Part shown: positions 17,381-26,764 of the stretch, one piece after another
Layout of the letters: each line of letters starts with the position of its first letter
How positions within the stretch are numbered: position 1 is the first letter of the stretch
Assembly: GCA_964352815.1 (NCBI GenBank)
Contig: CAYGTO010000003.1
Span: 348 to 64,347, forward strand
DNA length: 64,000 bases
Direction: 5' to 3'
Source of the DNA: an uncultured Azospirillaceae bacterium
Lineage (GTDB): Bacteria; Pseudomonadota; Alphaproteobacteria; Rickettsiales; UBA3002
Program-made: the position numbers and the translations under genes
The notes under the pieces: generated by a model
Databases searched by the model: none
What the model was told of the DNA's origin: nothing
The model's input: only the letters and a program-made list of their open reading frames with translations

Positions 17381-18145
17381 ATGCACATCACCGCCCTCAC
17401 CCTCTTTCCTGAACTCTTCCCCGGACCGCTGGGCGCGTCACTGACCGGGCGGGCGCTGGAGGAAAACAAATGGTCGCTCGAGACCATCAACATTCGCGAT
17501 TTTGGCCATGGCAAACATAGCGCCGTTGACGACACACCCTATGGCGGCGGGCCGGGCATGGTGATGCGCGCCGATGTGGTCGGGCCAGCGATTGACGCGG
17601 CCAAAGCTGCGCATCCGGACGCGCAGTTGATTTATTTCTCCCCGCGTGGGCAGCGCATTACACAGGAGATTATTAAAAAGCTCACCGGATTAGCCCCTCA
17701 CCCAAACCCTCTCCCTGGGGAGAGGGGGCGCGAAGCGCGGGTGAGGGGCGAACCAAATGACTTGATATTGTTGTGCGGCCGGTTCGAGGCGATTGATGAA
17801 CGGATTATCAAACATTATCAGCCGCTTGAACTTTCCTTAGGCGATTTCGTCATGACCGGCGGTGAGATGGCGGCTTATGCGCTGATCGATGCCTGCGTGC
17901 GCTTGCTTCCGGGCGTGGTTGGCGACGCAGAAAGCCTGGGCGAAGAAAGTTTCGGCCTGGCCGAAGATTATGCTTGCTTGCTCGAATATCCTCACTATAG
18001 TAAGCCCCCGATTTGGAACGGATTATCGGTTCCGGAAGTGTTGACCAGCGGCGATCATGGAAAGATTGCTGAGTGGCGCAAGGCAGAAGCTGAAGCGATC
18101 ACCAAGGTACGCCGACCGGAATTGTTAGAGAAATATAAAGGATAG
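17381..18145 (+). CDS. trmD: tRNA (guanine37-N1)-methyltransferase TrmD, carrying an in-frame insert
   Basis: [31 protein letters not shown] and GDFVMTGGE motifs. An extra ~21 aa, [23 protein letters not shown], precedes the LLCGR strand. Confidence 0.9.
   Translation: MHITALTLFPELFPGPLGASLTGRALEENKWSLETINIRDFGHGKHSAVDDTPYGGGPGMVMRADVVGPAIDAAKAAHPDAQLIYFSPRGQRITQEIIKKLTGLAPHPNPLPGERGREARVRGEPNDLILLCGRFEAIDERIIKHYQPLELSLGDFVMTGGEMAAYALIDACVRLLPGVVGDAESLGEESFGLAEDYACLLEYPHYSKPPIWNGLSVPEVLTSGDHGKIAEWRKAEAEAITKVRRPELLEKYKG
17694..17748. repeat. Nested palindromic element inserted in frame in trmD
   Basis: Outer inverted repeat CCCCTCACCC / GGGTGAGGGG. Inner CCCTCTCCC / GGGAGAGGG and GCGC-GAA-GCGC hairpins. 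Confidence 0.65.
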
Positions 18146-18155
18146 GCAGGTCGCC

Positions 18156-18692
18156 ATGAATATTGTACAGAAAATTGAAGCCGCGGAACTAGAGCGCGTT
18201 AGCGAAAATAAGCGTATCGATGATTTCGATGCCGGTGATACGGTAAAAGTGAATGTGCGTATTGTCGAAGGCGCGAATGAGCGTATCCAGGCGTTTGAAG
18301 GCGTGTGCATCGCGAAAAAAGACCGTGGCATCCATACCTCGTTCACCGTGCGTAAGCTGAGCCATGGCGAAGGCGTTGAGCGTATTTTCCCACTGTTTGG
18401 CCCGCGTATTGATTCGGTGGAACTGATCCGCCGCGGTGATGTGCGCCGTGCGAAACTTTACTATTTGCGTGGTCTGACCGGTAAGGCGGCACGTATTAAA
18501 GAGAAGACCGATTTCGGTAAGGTCGATCAGTCAGAGAAAGAGTCGAAGACGTCTAAATCTGCTGCGAAAAAAGCTGCGCGCGCTGAGAAGAAAGCGGCGA
18601 AAGAGGCGAATAAGGGCGAAAAGAAAGCGCGCAAAGGCGATAAGAAAGCCGCTGCCAAGCCTGAAGCTGAAGCGAAAAGCGACAAATCCTAA
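18156..18692 (+). CDS. rplS: 50S ribosomal protein L19 with Lys/Ala-rich C-terminal extension
   Basis: L19 core ([27 protein letters not shown]...RRAKLYYLR) followed by a ~60-aa AKKAA-type tail. Confidence 0.9.
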   Translation: MNIVQKIEAAELERVSENKRIDDFDAGDTVKVNVRIVEGANERIQAFEGVCIAKKDRGIHTSFTVRKLSHGEGVERIFPLFGPRIDSVELIRRGDVRRAKLYYLRGLTGKAARIKEKTDFGKVDQSEKESKTSKSAAKKAARAEKKAAKEANKGEKKARKGDKKAAAKPEAEAKSDKS

Positions 18693-18696
18693 TTAT

Positions 18697-18767
18697 GTCA
18701 TCCCGGCGAACGCCGGGATCTAGCATCCACATTTCAAAAAAGATTCCGGCTTCCGCCGGAATGACGA
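18697..18767. repeat. Palindromic element (GTCATCCCGGCGAACGCCGGGATC ... GATTCCGGCTTCCGCCGGAATGAC)
   Basis: Two GC hairpins bounded by GTCAT/ATGAC termini. A related half-copy lies at 16734-16755. Confidence 0.65.
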
Positions 18768-18768
18768 G

Positions 18769-19236
18769 ATGAACAAGAATCCTACCAAGCAGTGGAATGA
18801 ACGGCGGTTTTACAAACTTAGCCTTCTGCTGCCCGTTTTATTTCCCATTATGTTAGTGATGTTCGTCATCCCTATTGCCGTTATTTATGCAATGGTGACG
18901 GGTGAAACCGTAGATAGTTTTTTGGAAACAGATATTGGCTATGTGCTTCTATGGATCACGCTAACCTTTGTCGGAGGCATCATATTAGCATCTTTTATAT
19001 ATTTGTTATGTGTTCCTATTGGTCTGCTCATTACACGAAATTGGTCCATGTTTGCATTTAAACTCTGGGGAATTTCACTCCCCATTCAGCTCACTGGGTT
19101 ATCATACGCACTCTATGGTGAAGCATGGTTGGCACTTGGGCTTCTTGTTGGCTACTTCTACGTTGCACTGGCCTTCGCAATCGGCTATTTCAAAAAGCGG
19201 TATCATTTGAAACATGGGACGTATGTTGGTGGGTAG
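18769..19236 (+). CDS. Hypothetical integral membrane protein (155 aa)
   Basis: About four hydrophobic helices. No family recognised. Confidence 0.5.
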   Translation: MNKNPTKQWNERRFYKLSLLLPVLFPIMLVMFVIPIAVIYAMVTGETVDSFLETDIGYVLLWITLTFVGGIILASFIYLLCVPIGLLITRNWSMFAFKLWGISLPIQLTGLSYALYGEAWLALGLLVGYFYVALAFAIGYFKKRYHLKHGTYVGG

Positions 19237-19251
19237 CCATCTTCGCCCCAT

Positions 19252-19322
19252 GTCATTGCACGATTTATTCGGGCAATCCAACCAAAAAACTCTTGGATTA
19301 CCCGGACAAGCCAGGTAATGAC
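19252..19322. repeat. Palindromic element (GTCATTGCACGATTTATTCGGGCAATCC ... GGATTACCCGGACAAGCCAGGTAATGAC)
   Basis: The same two hairpin modules occur in swapped order at 38390-38461. Partial copy near 25660. Confidence 0.65.
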
Positions 19323-19328
19323 AAGGAC

Positions 19329-20738
19329 ATGAACACCAAAACCCTCTACGATAAAATCTTTGACGCTCACCTCGTGCATGAGGCCGAGGATGGCACCTGC
19401 CTGCTCTATATCGACCGGCAGATGATTCATGAAGTGACCAGCCCGCAAGCTTTTGAAGGGCTGCGCATGGCGGGGCGGACGCCGCGTCATCCCGAAGCAC
19501 AGCTCGCGGTGGCGGATCACAATGTGCCGACCACGCCCGACCGCGCGCAGGGGATTAAGGATGAAACCTCGCGCATTCAGGTCGAGACGCTCGAGAAAAA
19601 CTGCGAAGAATTCGGCATCACCTATTTCAAAATGGACGATCTGCGTCAGGGCATCGTGCATATTGTCGGCCCGGAACAAGGCTTCACCCAGCCCGGCATG
19701 ACGATTGTTTGCGGCGATTCACATACCTCCACCCATGGCGCGTTTGGCGCGCTGGCCTTTGGTATTGGGACGAGCGAAGTGGAACATGTGCTGGCAACGC
19801 AAACGCTGATTCAAAAACGCGCCAAGAATTTGCTCGTCAAGATTGAAGGTGAGCTTGGGCACTATGTCACCGCGAAAGACATTACCCTCGCGGTGATTGG
19901 CAAAATCGGCACGGCTGGCGGCACCGGCTATGTCATTGAATATGCCGGCTCGGCGATCCGCAATCTGTCGATGGAAGGGCGGATGACCGTGTGTAATATG
20001 AGCATCGAGGCAGGCGCGCGCGCAGGCCTGATCGCGCCGGATGAAAAAACCTTTGACTATTTGAAAGGCCGCCCGATGGCACCGCAAGGGGCGGATTGGG
20101 AGAAGGCCGTCGCCTATTGGAATACGCTGCCCGCGGATGACGGCGCGCACTATGATGTGGTGGTCGAGTTGGATGCCAGCGAGATTGCGCCGCAAGTCAC
20201 CTGGGGCACCAGCCCGCAAGATGTGCTGCCAATCACCGGTCAAGTCCCCTCGCCTGACAGTTTTGATACCGGCCGCAAGGAAGCGGTTGAGCGCTCGCTC
20301 AATTATATGGGCCTCAGCGCCGGCACGAAACTCACCGATGTGCCGATTGATAAAGTGTTTATCGGCTCTTGCACCAATGGCCGGATTGAAGATTTGCGCG
20401 AAGTGGCGAAGCTGGCCGAGGGCAGAAAAGTTGCGAGCAATGTGAGGCTCGCCATGGTGGTGCCGGGATCGGGCCTGGTGAAACAGCAAGCCGAAGCGGA
20501 AGGGCTGGACAAAATTTTTGTTGCTGCCGGCTTTGAGTGGCGCGAGCCGGGCTGTTCGATGTGCCTCGCGATGAATGCGGACAAGCTCGAGGAAGGGGAG
20601 CGCTGCGCCTCGACCTCAAACCGGAATTTCGAAGGCCGCCAAGGCCGCGGCGGGCGCACTCATCTGATGAGCCCGGCCATGGCAACGGCTGCCGCGATCA
20701 CCGGCAAGCTTGCCGATGTTCGGAAACTGGCGGGTTAG
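19329..20738 (+). CDS. leuC: 3-isopropylmalate dehydratase large subunit
   Basis: [16 protein letters not shown]..., aconitase-family Cys ligands ([19 protein letters not shown]). The ORF-track N-terminal extension reads through a repeat and is rejected. Confidence 0.9.
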   Translation: MNTKTLYDKIFDAHLVHEAEDGTCLLYIDRQMIHEVTSPQAFEGLRMAGRTPRHPEAQLAVADHNVPTTPDRAQGIKDETSRIQVETLEKNCEEFGITYFKMDDLRQGIVHIVGPEQGFTQPGMTIVCGDSHTSTHGAFGALAFGIGTSEVEHVLATQTLIQKRAKNLLVKIEGELGHYVTAKDITLAVIGKIGTAGGTGYVIEYAGSAIRNLSMEGRMTVCNMSIEAGARAGLIAPDEKTFDYLKGRPMAPQGADWEKAVAYWNTLPADDGAHYDVVVELDASEIAPQVTWGTSPQDVLPITGQVPSPDSFDTGRKEAVERSLNYMGLSAGTKLTDVPIDKVFIGSCTNGRIEDLREVAKLAEGRKVASNVRLAMVVPGSGLVKQQAEAEGLDKIFVAAGFEWREPGCSMCLAMNADKLEEGERCASTSNRNFEGRQGRGGRTHLMSPAMATAAAITGKLADVRKLAG

Positions 20739-21658
20739 GCAGCGCCTAACGAATGTAATGGCGCTTCCTGAACAGTGCCATCTACTTGCGCGCCGTCTGC
20801 CACGGGTGACGGCTCTAATAGTTTCTTCATCGCTTTCAGATAACCATCGAACGTTTTGTACCCGATTTGTTTTGCCATCTCACCGCGAAACCGCTGAGAC
20901 TTAATCATGTCGCCCCTAATGCCTTGCACCTCATCACACATAACTTTGTATATATCTTTGATAATCTGCGCTGCTTGTGCGGCGTCTTGCACCACTCCAT
21001 ACGCCACAAGCTCTTCCGGTGTCGCCACGCGCATTTTATGGATGTCGACCTGCGCTGCCTTCACCGCATCCGTGCGACTCATATTCTGTGCCACTTCCAT
21101 GGTTAAGGCAGAAGCTTTCTCGGCATCTTTTTGCTCAATCTCGCCGAAAAGGGGCTGATCCACACCAAGCATACGGAAGACCAGGCCACGAATATTTTCA
21201 TTGATCTGATCTTTCGGAATAGCATTAAAATATTCGTCAATCAGCATTTCCACTTCTCCTCCTCGTGACGATTGAAGCGCCATACGCACACGCCCCATCG
21301 CAGGGAGATATCCGGCCTGTGCAAACACGTCATCAGCCATATCACCTATCGATTGCCTTTCATAATACGACAAGGTGAGAGGAATTTGCGCGAATGCCCA
21401 GTCATCAAGATGGACTGGTCCCTGACCCTCTAAAAAACCAATCTCCAACACATTGGCGAAGGCGAATTGTTCCTTTTTTGGGGGCAGGTACGCATGACTC
21501 CCAGCCTGTTTGATACAGTCGCCTGTTTCGCATCCTTCTTTCACTGCAGAAAGGTAAACATCCTTCTTTCCAGCCAGCGTAAGAAACGCCCGCGACATCT
21601 GCATAGGGATAGATTGGGTTGTTTGTAGTAGTTTTAATTCGTCTTCACGGTCCATCAT
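20735..21658 (-). CDS. Hypothetical protein (about 307 aa) inserted antisense between leuC and leuD
   Basis: Long ORF. Start placed at MMDREDEL, downstream of the predicted promoter. Its stop overlaps the leuC stop (TTAG). No family recognised. Confidence 0.6.
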   Translation of the reverse strand: MMDREDELKLLQTTQSIPMQMSRAFLTLAGKKDVYLSAVKEGCETGDCIKQAGSHAYLPPKKEQFAFANVLEIGFLEGQGPVHLDDWAFAQIPLTLSYYERQSIGDMADDVFAQAGYLPAMGRVRMALQSSRGGEVEMLIDEYFNAIPKDQINENIRGLVFRMLGVDQPLFGEIEQKDAEKASALTMEVAQNMSRTDAVKAAQVDIHKMRVATPEELVAYGVVQDAAQAAQIIKDIYKVMCDEVQGIRGDMIKSQRFRGEMAKQIGYKTFDGYLKAMKKLLEPSPVADGAQVDGTVQEAPLHSLGAA

Positions 21659-21683
21659 TCTCTCATCAATTAAATGAAACGAT

Positions 21684-21728
21684 ACCATAGCGCACTGTCT
21701 GAGACATTGCATGACAGTTTGATGACAA
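21684..21728 (-). promoter_or_regulatory. Pho-box-like triple direct repeat plus -10 hexamer
   Basis: Gene strand reads TTGTCATCAAACTGTCATGCAATGTCTCA, then TATGGT 21 nt after the second repeat. Confidence 0.45.
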
Positions 21729-21793
21729 TTGGTTCAGCTTGACGGGTGCTAAAAACACTGCCAGACTTCTCTTCGCATCACACGGAGGAGCAT

Positions 21794-21952
21794 ATGTCAT
21801 TTTTTAGCAGTTTATTTTCTTGGTTTTCCAAAGCCCGTCGCCGCGAGCGGTTAAACCGCGAATGGCCTAGCCACGCCCATTCTGGCCACCGCGCTGCCGA
21901 CCCAAAAGACGGCATCCCAATGGACCCGGACGCACCGCACAAACCTTCATAG
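21794..21952 (+). CDS. Hypothetical small protein (52 aa)
   Basis: ATG at 21794 with SD GGAGGAG 4 nt upstream. Confidence 0.4.
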   Translation: MSFFSSLFSWFSKARRRERLNREWPSHAHSGHRAADPKDGIPMDPDAPHKPS

Positions 21953-21962
21953 GTACGACGCA

Positions 21963-22424
21963 ATGAAAAATGTACTCATGATCGTTGGAGCCGTGTTTCT
22001 CATCGGCCTCATCGGGGGAGGCGTCTGGATCGCCAGCATGATCTCAAAAGGTGCTGAACTAGACGCTTCCTCACGCGCGTTTGTGGAAGAGAAAATTCCT
22101 GAACTTGCGCGAAATAAATGGTATGGCCCCTATATGAGGCCGCTCGCACACAGTGCGTTTATGGAAGCCGTCTCCATGGAAGATTGGCAGCGCATCTCGA
22201 CGCTTTATTGGCAAAAGCTGGGCATGCTGAACGATTATGGTCCATGCGAAGGGCAAGCGACGATGAATTACACGCCAGAGGGTGAAGAAATCAGCGCCGA
22301 ATATGTCTGCGACGCGCGCTTTGAAAAAGCTAATGCAACCATTGAACTCCGCCTTTTTATTGAGAATAATGACTGGAAATTGGTCAACATATCGGTTAAT
22401 TCTCCTGTGTTCTTGAATCAGTAA
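21963..22424 (+). CDS. Hypothetical membrane-anchored protein (153 aa)
   Basis: N-terminal TM ([24 protein letters not shown]). No family recognised. Confidence 0.55.
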   Translation: MKNVLMIVGAVFLIGLIGGGVWIASMISKGAELDASSRAFVEEKIPELARNKWYGPYMRPLAHSAFMEAVSMEDWQRISTLYWQKLGMLNDYGPCEGQATMNYTPEGEEISAEYVCDARFEKANATIELRLFIENNDWKLVNISVNSPVFLNQ

Positions 22425-22432
22425 GGAGAAAC

Positions 22433-23041
22433 ATGGAATCATTCACGAAACATACGGGCCGCGCGGCGCCCTTGCCCTTGATCAATGTCGATACGGACAT
22501 GATCATTCCGAAGCAGTTTCTGAAAACGATTAAGCGCACCGGCCTTGGCGCGAATCTGTTTGACGAAATGCGCTTCACGAAAGACGGCGCGGAAATTCCG
22601 GAATTTGTACTGAATCAAGAAGCCTATCGCAGCGCATCCGTGCTGATCAGCGGCGATAATTTTGGCTGCGGCTCGAGCCGTGAGCATGCGCCTTGGGCAT
22701 TGCTGGATTTTGGTATTCGCTGCGTGATTGCGCCGAGCTATGCCGATATTTTCTATAATAATTGCTTCAAGAATGGGATCTTGCCAATCGCATTGCCAAA
22801 CAATCAGGTGGACGCGCTGACGCAAGTCGCTGCTAACCCGGATAATGAAATTACGATCGATTTAGAAAGCCAAAAAATCCGCGCGATGAATGTCGAATAT
22901 GATTTTGATGTCGATCCGTTTCGTAAACATTGCCTAATGAACGGGCTCGATGATATTGGTCTAACGCTCGAGAAAGCCGTATCGATCGATGCGTATGAAA
23001 CGCAGCGTAAAAGCGAAACCCCATGGCTGTTCGCGAGCTAA
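22433..23041 (+). CDS. leuD: 3-isopropylmalate dehydratase small subunit
   Basis: [28 protein letters not shown] and [17 protein letters not shown] motifs. Confidence 0.9.
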   Translation: MESFTKHTGRAAPLPLINVDTDMIIPKQFLKTIKRTGLGANLFDEMRFTKDGAEIPEFVLNQEAYRSASVLISGDNFGCGSSREHAPWALLDFGIRCVIAPSYADIFYNNCFKNGILPIALPNNQVDALTQVAANPDNEITIDLESQKIRAMNVEYDFDVDPFRKHCLMNGLDDIGLTLEKAVSIDAYETQRKSETPWLFAS

Positions 23042-23045
23042 AGTG

Positions 23046-23471
23046 ATGCGGTGGCTGGTTCCGATCGCTCTATTGCTTGCGCTTACAAGCTGCAGCAGCC
23101 GGACCTTCGTCACCACCTCAACCATTAAAACCACCGCAGCGAAATGCGAAGTGACACACCCGCTAATCTCACGCGCCTGGTTAAACTGCATCAATGCGCA
23201 GCTGGAGCCGATCTATGCGAACACGGAGACCCGTGTCATCACTTCAGACAGCGCCTTATCGGTGATGGAGTCGGCCGGGCTGCTCGTCGCCAATGTTGAA
23301 AAACACCAACTTTCTCGTAAGGATGCGCGCGGGCGCTTCACCAAGCTGCTCGAGACATTTCATCAAGAGGAGCGCCGGCAAGAAGAGATCCGTCGTCGCC
23401 ATCATGAGGATTTTGTCCGCAACCGGCCTGTCGCGTGCCGCCCATTCGGTCACAGCTTTACATGCTTCTAA
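23046..23471 (+). CDS. Hypothetical lipoprotein
   Basis: Signal plus lipobox MRWLVPIALLLALTSC. Confidence 0.55.
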   Translation: MRWLVPIALLLALTSCSSRTFVTTSTIKTTAAKCEVTHPLISRAWLNCINAQLEPIYANTETRVITSDSALSVMESAGLLVANVEKHQLSRKDARGRFTKLLETFHQEERRQEEIRRRHHEDFVRNRPVACRPFGHSFTCF

Positions 23472-23515
23472 CGATCGGCTAAAAGGGCCTTTCAACTGAA
23501 CAACGAGACGCTATT

Positions 23516-24625
23516 ATGCCACATATTTTGCTCCTCCCCGGCGACGGGATCGGCCCTGAAGTGGTCGGCGAAACCCAAAAGATTATTGACTGGTTCAGCG
23601 CGAACAGCGCGCTTGATTTCACCACCTCCGAAGCGCTGATCGGTGGCATCGCCTATGATGAGGCCGGCACCCCCTACCCCGACGCGACGAATGAAGCCGC
23701 GAAAGCAGCAGATGCGATTCTGCTCGGCGCGGTGGGCGGCCCGAAATGGGAAGCGCTGGATTACAGCGTGCGCCCCGAGCGTGGCCTGCTCGCGATTCGT
23801 AAGGAGCTGGGCTTGTTCGCCAATCTGCGCCCCGCCATGTGTTTTGACGCGCTGGCCGAAGCATCGAGCCTGAAGAAAGAGCTCGTCAGCGGCCTCGACA
23901 TTATGATTGTGCGCGAGCTAACGGGCGGCATTTATTTTGGTGAGCCGCGTGGCGTTGCGATGGAAGGCAACCATAAGGTTGGCCGCAATACGCTGGTTTA
24001 TGCGGATTACGAAGTGCAGCGCATCGCCCGTGTTGCCTTTGATCTGGCGCAAAAACGCGGTAAAAAATTGACCTCGGTGGACAAAGCGAATGTGCTGGAA
24101 GCGACCGAAATGTGGCGCGAGGAAGTGCAGCAAATTGGCGATAGCGAATATAGCGATGTCGCGCTCGATCACATCTATGTCGACAATGCCGCGATGCAGC
24201 TCGTGCGCAACCCCAAACAGTTTGATGTGATGGTGACCACCAACATGTTTGGCGATATTTTATCGGATTGCGCGGCGATGCTGACCGGCTCGCTTGGCAT
24301 GTTGCCTTCGGCGTCACTCGGCGAAGAGATCGACGGCAAACGCGCGGCGCTGTATGAACCCGTCCACGGCTCGGCGCCGGATATTGCGGGCCAAGGCGTT
24401 GCCAACCCAATCGCGACGATCCTGAGTTTTGCGATGATGCTGCGCTATAGCTTCAATGCGCAGAAAGAAGCCGATATGCTGGAAAGCGCCGTCGATAGCG
24501 CGCTGGCGAAAGGCCTGCGTACAGGTGACATCATGCAAGAGGGTGCGCAAAAAGTCGGCACGGCAGAGATGGGCGCCGCGATTCTGGCCGCGCTTGAGGA
24601 ACAAAAAGCGAAGGCAGCGGCGTAG
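23516..24625 (+). CDS. leuB: 3-isopropylmalate dehydrogenase
   Basis: [23 protein letters not shown] and [18 protein letters not shown] motifs. Confidence 0.92.
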   Translation: MPHILLLPGDGIGPEVVGETQKIIDWFSANSALDFTTSEALIGGIAYDEAGTPYPDATNEAAKAADAILLGAVGGPKWEALDYSVRPERGLLAIRKELGLFANLRPAMCFDALAEASSLKKELVSGLDIMIVRELTGGIYFGEPRGVAMEGNHKVGRNTLVYADYEVQRIARVAFDLAQKRGKKLTSVDKANVLEATEMWREEVQQIGDSEYSDVALDHIYVDNAAMQLVRNPKQFDVMVTTNMFGDILSDCAAMLTGSLGMLPSASLGEEIDGKRAALYEPVHGSAPDIAGQGVANPIATILSFAMMLRYSFNAQKEADMLESAVDSALAKGLRTGDIMQEGAQKVGTAEMGAAILAALEEQKAKAAA

Positions 24626-24643
24626 GAATATGAAGGAGGGGAT

Positions 24644-24997
24644 ATGAGAGTCTTACCTGAAGTTGAAACAAAGTTAGCAGAATTCCCTAAGCTGCTTGAC
24701 TGGATCCGCAAGAATGGGACGAGTGGCGAGCTCAGAGCCATTCCAGAAACGGACGCTCAAGCATTTACTATGAAACTTGTGGAAGGCCACCCACCTATTC
24801 ACACCGTTTTGGGAGAGATGAGGGAGATTGTTGGCAGATTGAGGACAGCGAGCATTGATAGAGTCGAAGGGGCCTCTGATGAAGTGCGCGTGTTACTGCC
24901 ATTAAACGCACCTCAGCTTCATAACTTACTTGCACACGAAAAAGTTGCTTCCGTTGATTTCGCCGTCAGAGAACAAGCACATGGAATGATGCGCTAA
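24644..24997 (+). CDS. Hypothetical protein (117 aa)
   Basis: ORF with SD GGAGGGG upstream. Its stop overlaps the next start (TAATG). Confidence 0.5.
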   Translation: MRVLPEVETKLAEFPKLLDWIRKNGTSGELRAIPETDAQAFTMKLVEGHPPIHTVLGEMREIVGRLRTASIDRVEGASDEVRVLLPLNAPQLHNLLAHEKVASVDFAVREQAHGMMR

Positions 24998-25449
24998 TGA
25001 CCATCCGCCGGGCGACACCTGACGACTTCCTCGCCATCGCCGAGCTAGACCGCCGCGCGTGGGATAATTTAGAAAACCCCGAAGTGCTGGCGGATGGCGA
25101 ACATACCTGGCGAATTTGGGTGGAACATTGCCCGTGCTGGGTCGCGGTCGAGGGTGATCAGGTTCAGGGGGTGTTGCTTGCGTTTCCGACGGAAAAAGAG
25201 GGCTATCATTGCCTGCACAAAATTTTCGTCGATCCAAACACGCGCGGCCAAGGCATCGGCAAGCAGTTGTTTGAGGCCTTCCTGACCTATTGCAGCGAGT
25301 TCTCCCTCTCGGCATTCCTCACCGTCGCGCCGTTCAATGAAAATGCCATCACGCTGTATGAAAAGATGGGCTTTGCCAAAGCGGACTATGTCGAAGGGTT
25401 TTATCGCCCGGAAGAACATCGCTGGGTGATGGTGTATGAGAGTCGCTAG
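24997..25449 (+). CDS. GNAT family N-acetyltransferase
   Basis: Acetyl-CoA binding motif VDPNTRGQGIGKQLFEAF and the overall ~150-aa GNAT layout. Confidence 0.75.
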   Translation: MTIRRATPDDFLAIAELDRRAWDNLENPEVLADGEHTWRIWVEHCPCWVAVEGDQVQGVLLAFPTEKEGYHCLHKIFVDPNTRGQGIGKQLFEAFLTYCSEFSLSAFLTVAPFNENAITLYEKMGFAKADYVEGFYRPEEHRWVMVYESR

Positions 25450-25491
25450 TCTTTCCGCTTGATTGCTTAGTTACCATTCTGCGAGGAGCGA

Positions 25492-25690
25492 CTTGTCCTC
25501 CGTAGCTTTAGCGTAGGAGGAAGCGACGCGGCAGTCCATTCATACTGCAAGAATGGGTCGCGCCTGCCCGACGAAGCCTTGGCGCAGCAGGGTGGCGAAG
25601 GCTGGTCGTCAGCGCCAGTGCGCTTCCTCACGAAACGTCACTTCTATGCCATATTTCCCTTGGATTACCCGAATAAATCGGCTAATAACA
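25492..25690. repeat. Cluster of palindromic element fragments
   Basis: CTTGTCCTCCGTAGCTTTAGCGTAGGAGGAAGCGAC resembles 10730-10762. GGATTACCCGAATAAATCGGCTAAT resembles modules at 19252 and 38390. Confidence 0.5.
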
Positions 25691-25722
25691 TGCATTCACT
25701 AATGACGAAAGACTAAAGACCT

Positions 25723-26763
25723 ATGACTGGATTTAATGTAGCCATTGTCGGTGCGACGGGAAATGTCGGCCGCGAATTATTGAGCATTCTGGCGGAGCGT
25801 AATTTCCCGGTGAATCAGGTGGCGGCGTTGGCCTCATCACGCTCGATCGGCAAGGAAGTCAGCTTTGGCGATGAGAAAATTTTGAAGGTACAAGACCTCG
25901 AAACCTTTGACTTCTCGAACACCGATATCGCGCTGTTCTCGCCCGGCGGTTCGGTGTCGGCGAAACATGCGCCGCGCGCGGCAAAGCAAGGCTGCGTGGT
26001 GATCGACAATACCAGCCATTTCCGCATGGATGAAGATGTGCCGCTGATTGTGCCGGAAGTGAACCCGGAGAAGCTGAAGGAGTTTGCGAAACGCAATATC
26101 ATCGCCAACCCAAACTGTTCGACGATTCAGATGATGGTCGCGCTCGCGCCGATTCATAATGAAGTGGCGATTAAGCGCGTCGTGGTCAGCACCTATCAGT
26201 CGGTGTCAGGCGCAGGGAAATCGGCGATGGATGAGCTGTATGACCAGACCAAATCGATCTATGTCAATGATGTGAAAGAGCCGGAGCAATTCACGAAACG
26301 CATTTCTTTCAACGCGATTCCGCATATTGATGTGTTCATGGAAGATGGCGCGACCAAAGAAGAATGGAAAATGTGCGTTGAGACAAAAAAGATTCTCGAC
26401 CCGTCGATTGAGGTCCATGCGAATTGCGTGCGCCTGCCGGTCTTTGTCGGCCATGGCGAGATGATCAATATCGAGCTGGAAGAGCCGCTAAGTGTCGAGG
26501 ATGCGCATGAGATTTGGGACGAAGCTGACGGCATTGCGGTGGTCGATCGCCATGAAGATGGCGGCTATATGACGCCGGCGGAATGTGCGGGCGAAGATGC
26601 GGTCTATATCAGCCGTGTGCGCCAGGATACGAGCGTGAAACATGGCCTGTCTTTTTGGTGTGTGTCGGACAATATGCGCAAAGGCGCGGCGCTCAATGCG
26701 ATTCAAATCGCGGAACATTTGGTAGCGCACGGCCTTGTGAAACCGCGCGAGAAGGCGGCATAG
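25723..26763 (+). CDS. asd: Aspartate-semialdehyde dehydrogenase
   Basis: VAIVGATGNVGRE, NPNCSTIQM (active-site Cys), SGAGK. Confidence 0.92.
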   Translation: MTGFNVAIVGATGNVGRELLSILAERNFPVNQVAALASSRSIGKEVSFGDEKILKVQDLETFDFSNTDIALFSPGGSVSAKHAPRAAKQGCVVIDNTSHFRMDEDVPLIVPEVNPEKLKEFAKRNIIANPNCSTIQMMVALAPIHNEVAIKRVVVSTYQSVSGAGKSAMDELYDQTKSIYVNDVKEPEQFTKRISFNAIPHIDVFMEDGATKEEWKMCVETKKILDPSIEVHANCVRLPVFVGHGEMINIELEEPLSVEDAHEIWDEADGIAVVDRHEDGGYMTPAECAGEDAVYISRVRQDTSVKHGLSFWCVSDNMRKGAALNAIQIAEHLVAHGLVKPREKAA

Positions 26764-26764
26764 T

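Noticed and set aside
19125-19328. N-terminal extensions offered by the ORF track for leuC. The same applies to typA (48949-49041), queA (59575-59661), pyrC (38457-38480), photolyase (3673-3705) and the YHS gene (42647-42757).
   Set aside because: The extensions are translations of palindromic repeat elements. The conserved N-termini and SD sequences sit at the internal ATGs.
19719-20489. 256-aa minus-strand ORF inside leuC
   Set aside because: Shadow ORF antisense to an unambiguous aconitase-family gene, with Arg-rich nonsense composition. The same applies to 53452..54156 (antisense to pirin), 48373..48939 (antisense to typA), 55582..56145 (antisense to the 687-aa ORF) and 23901..24410 (antisense to leuB).
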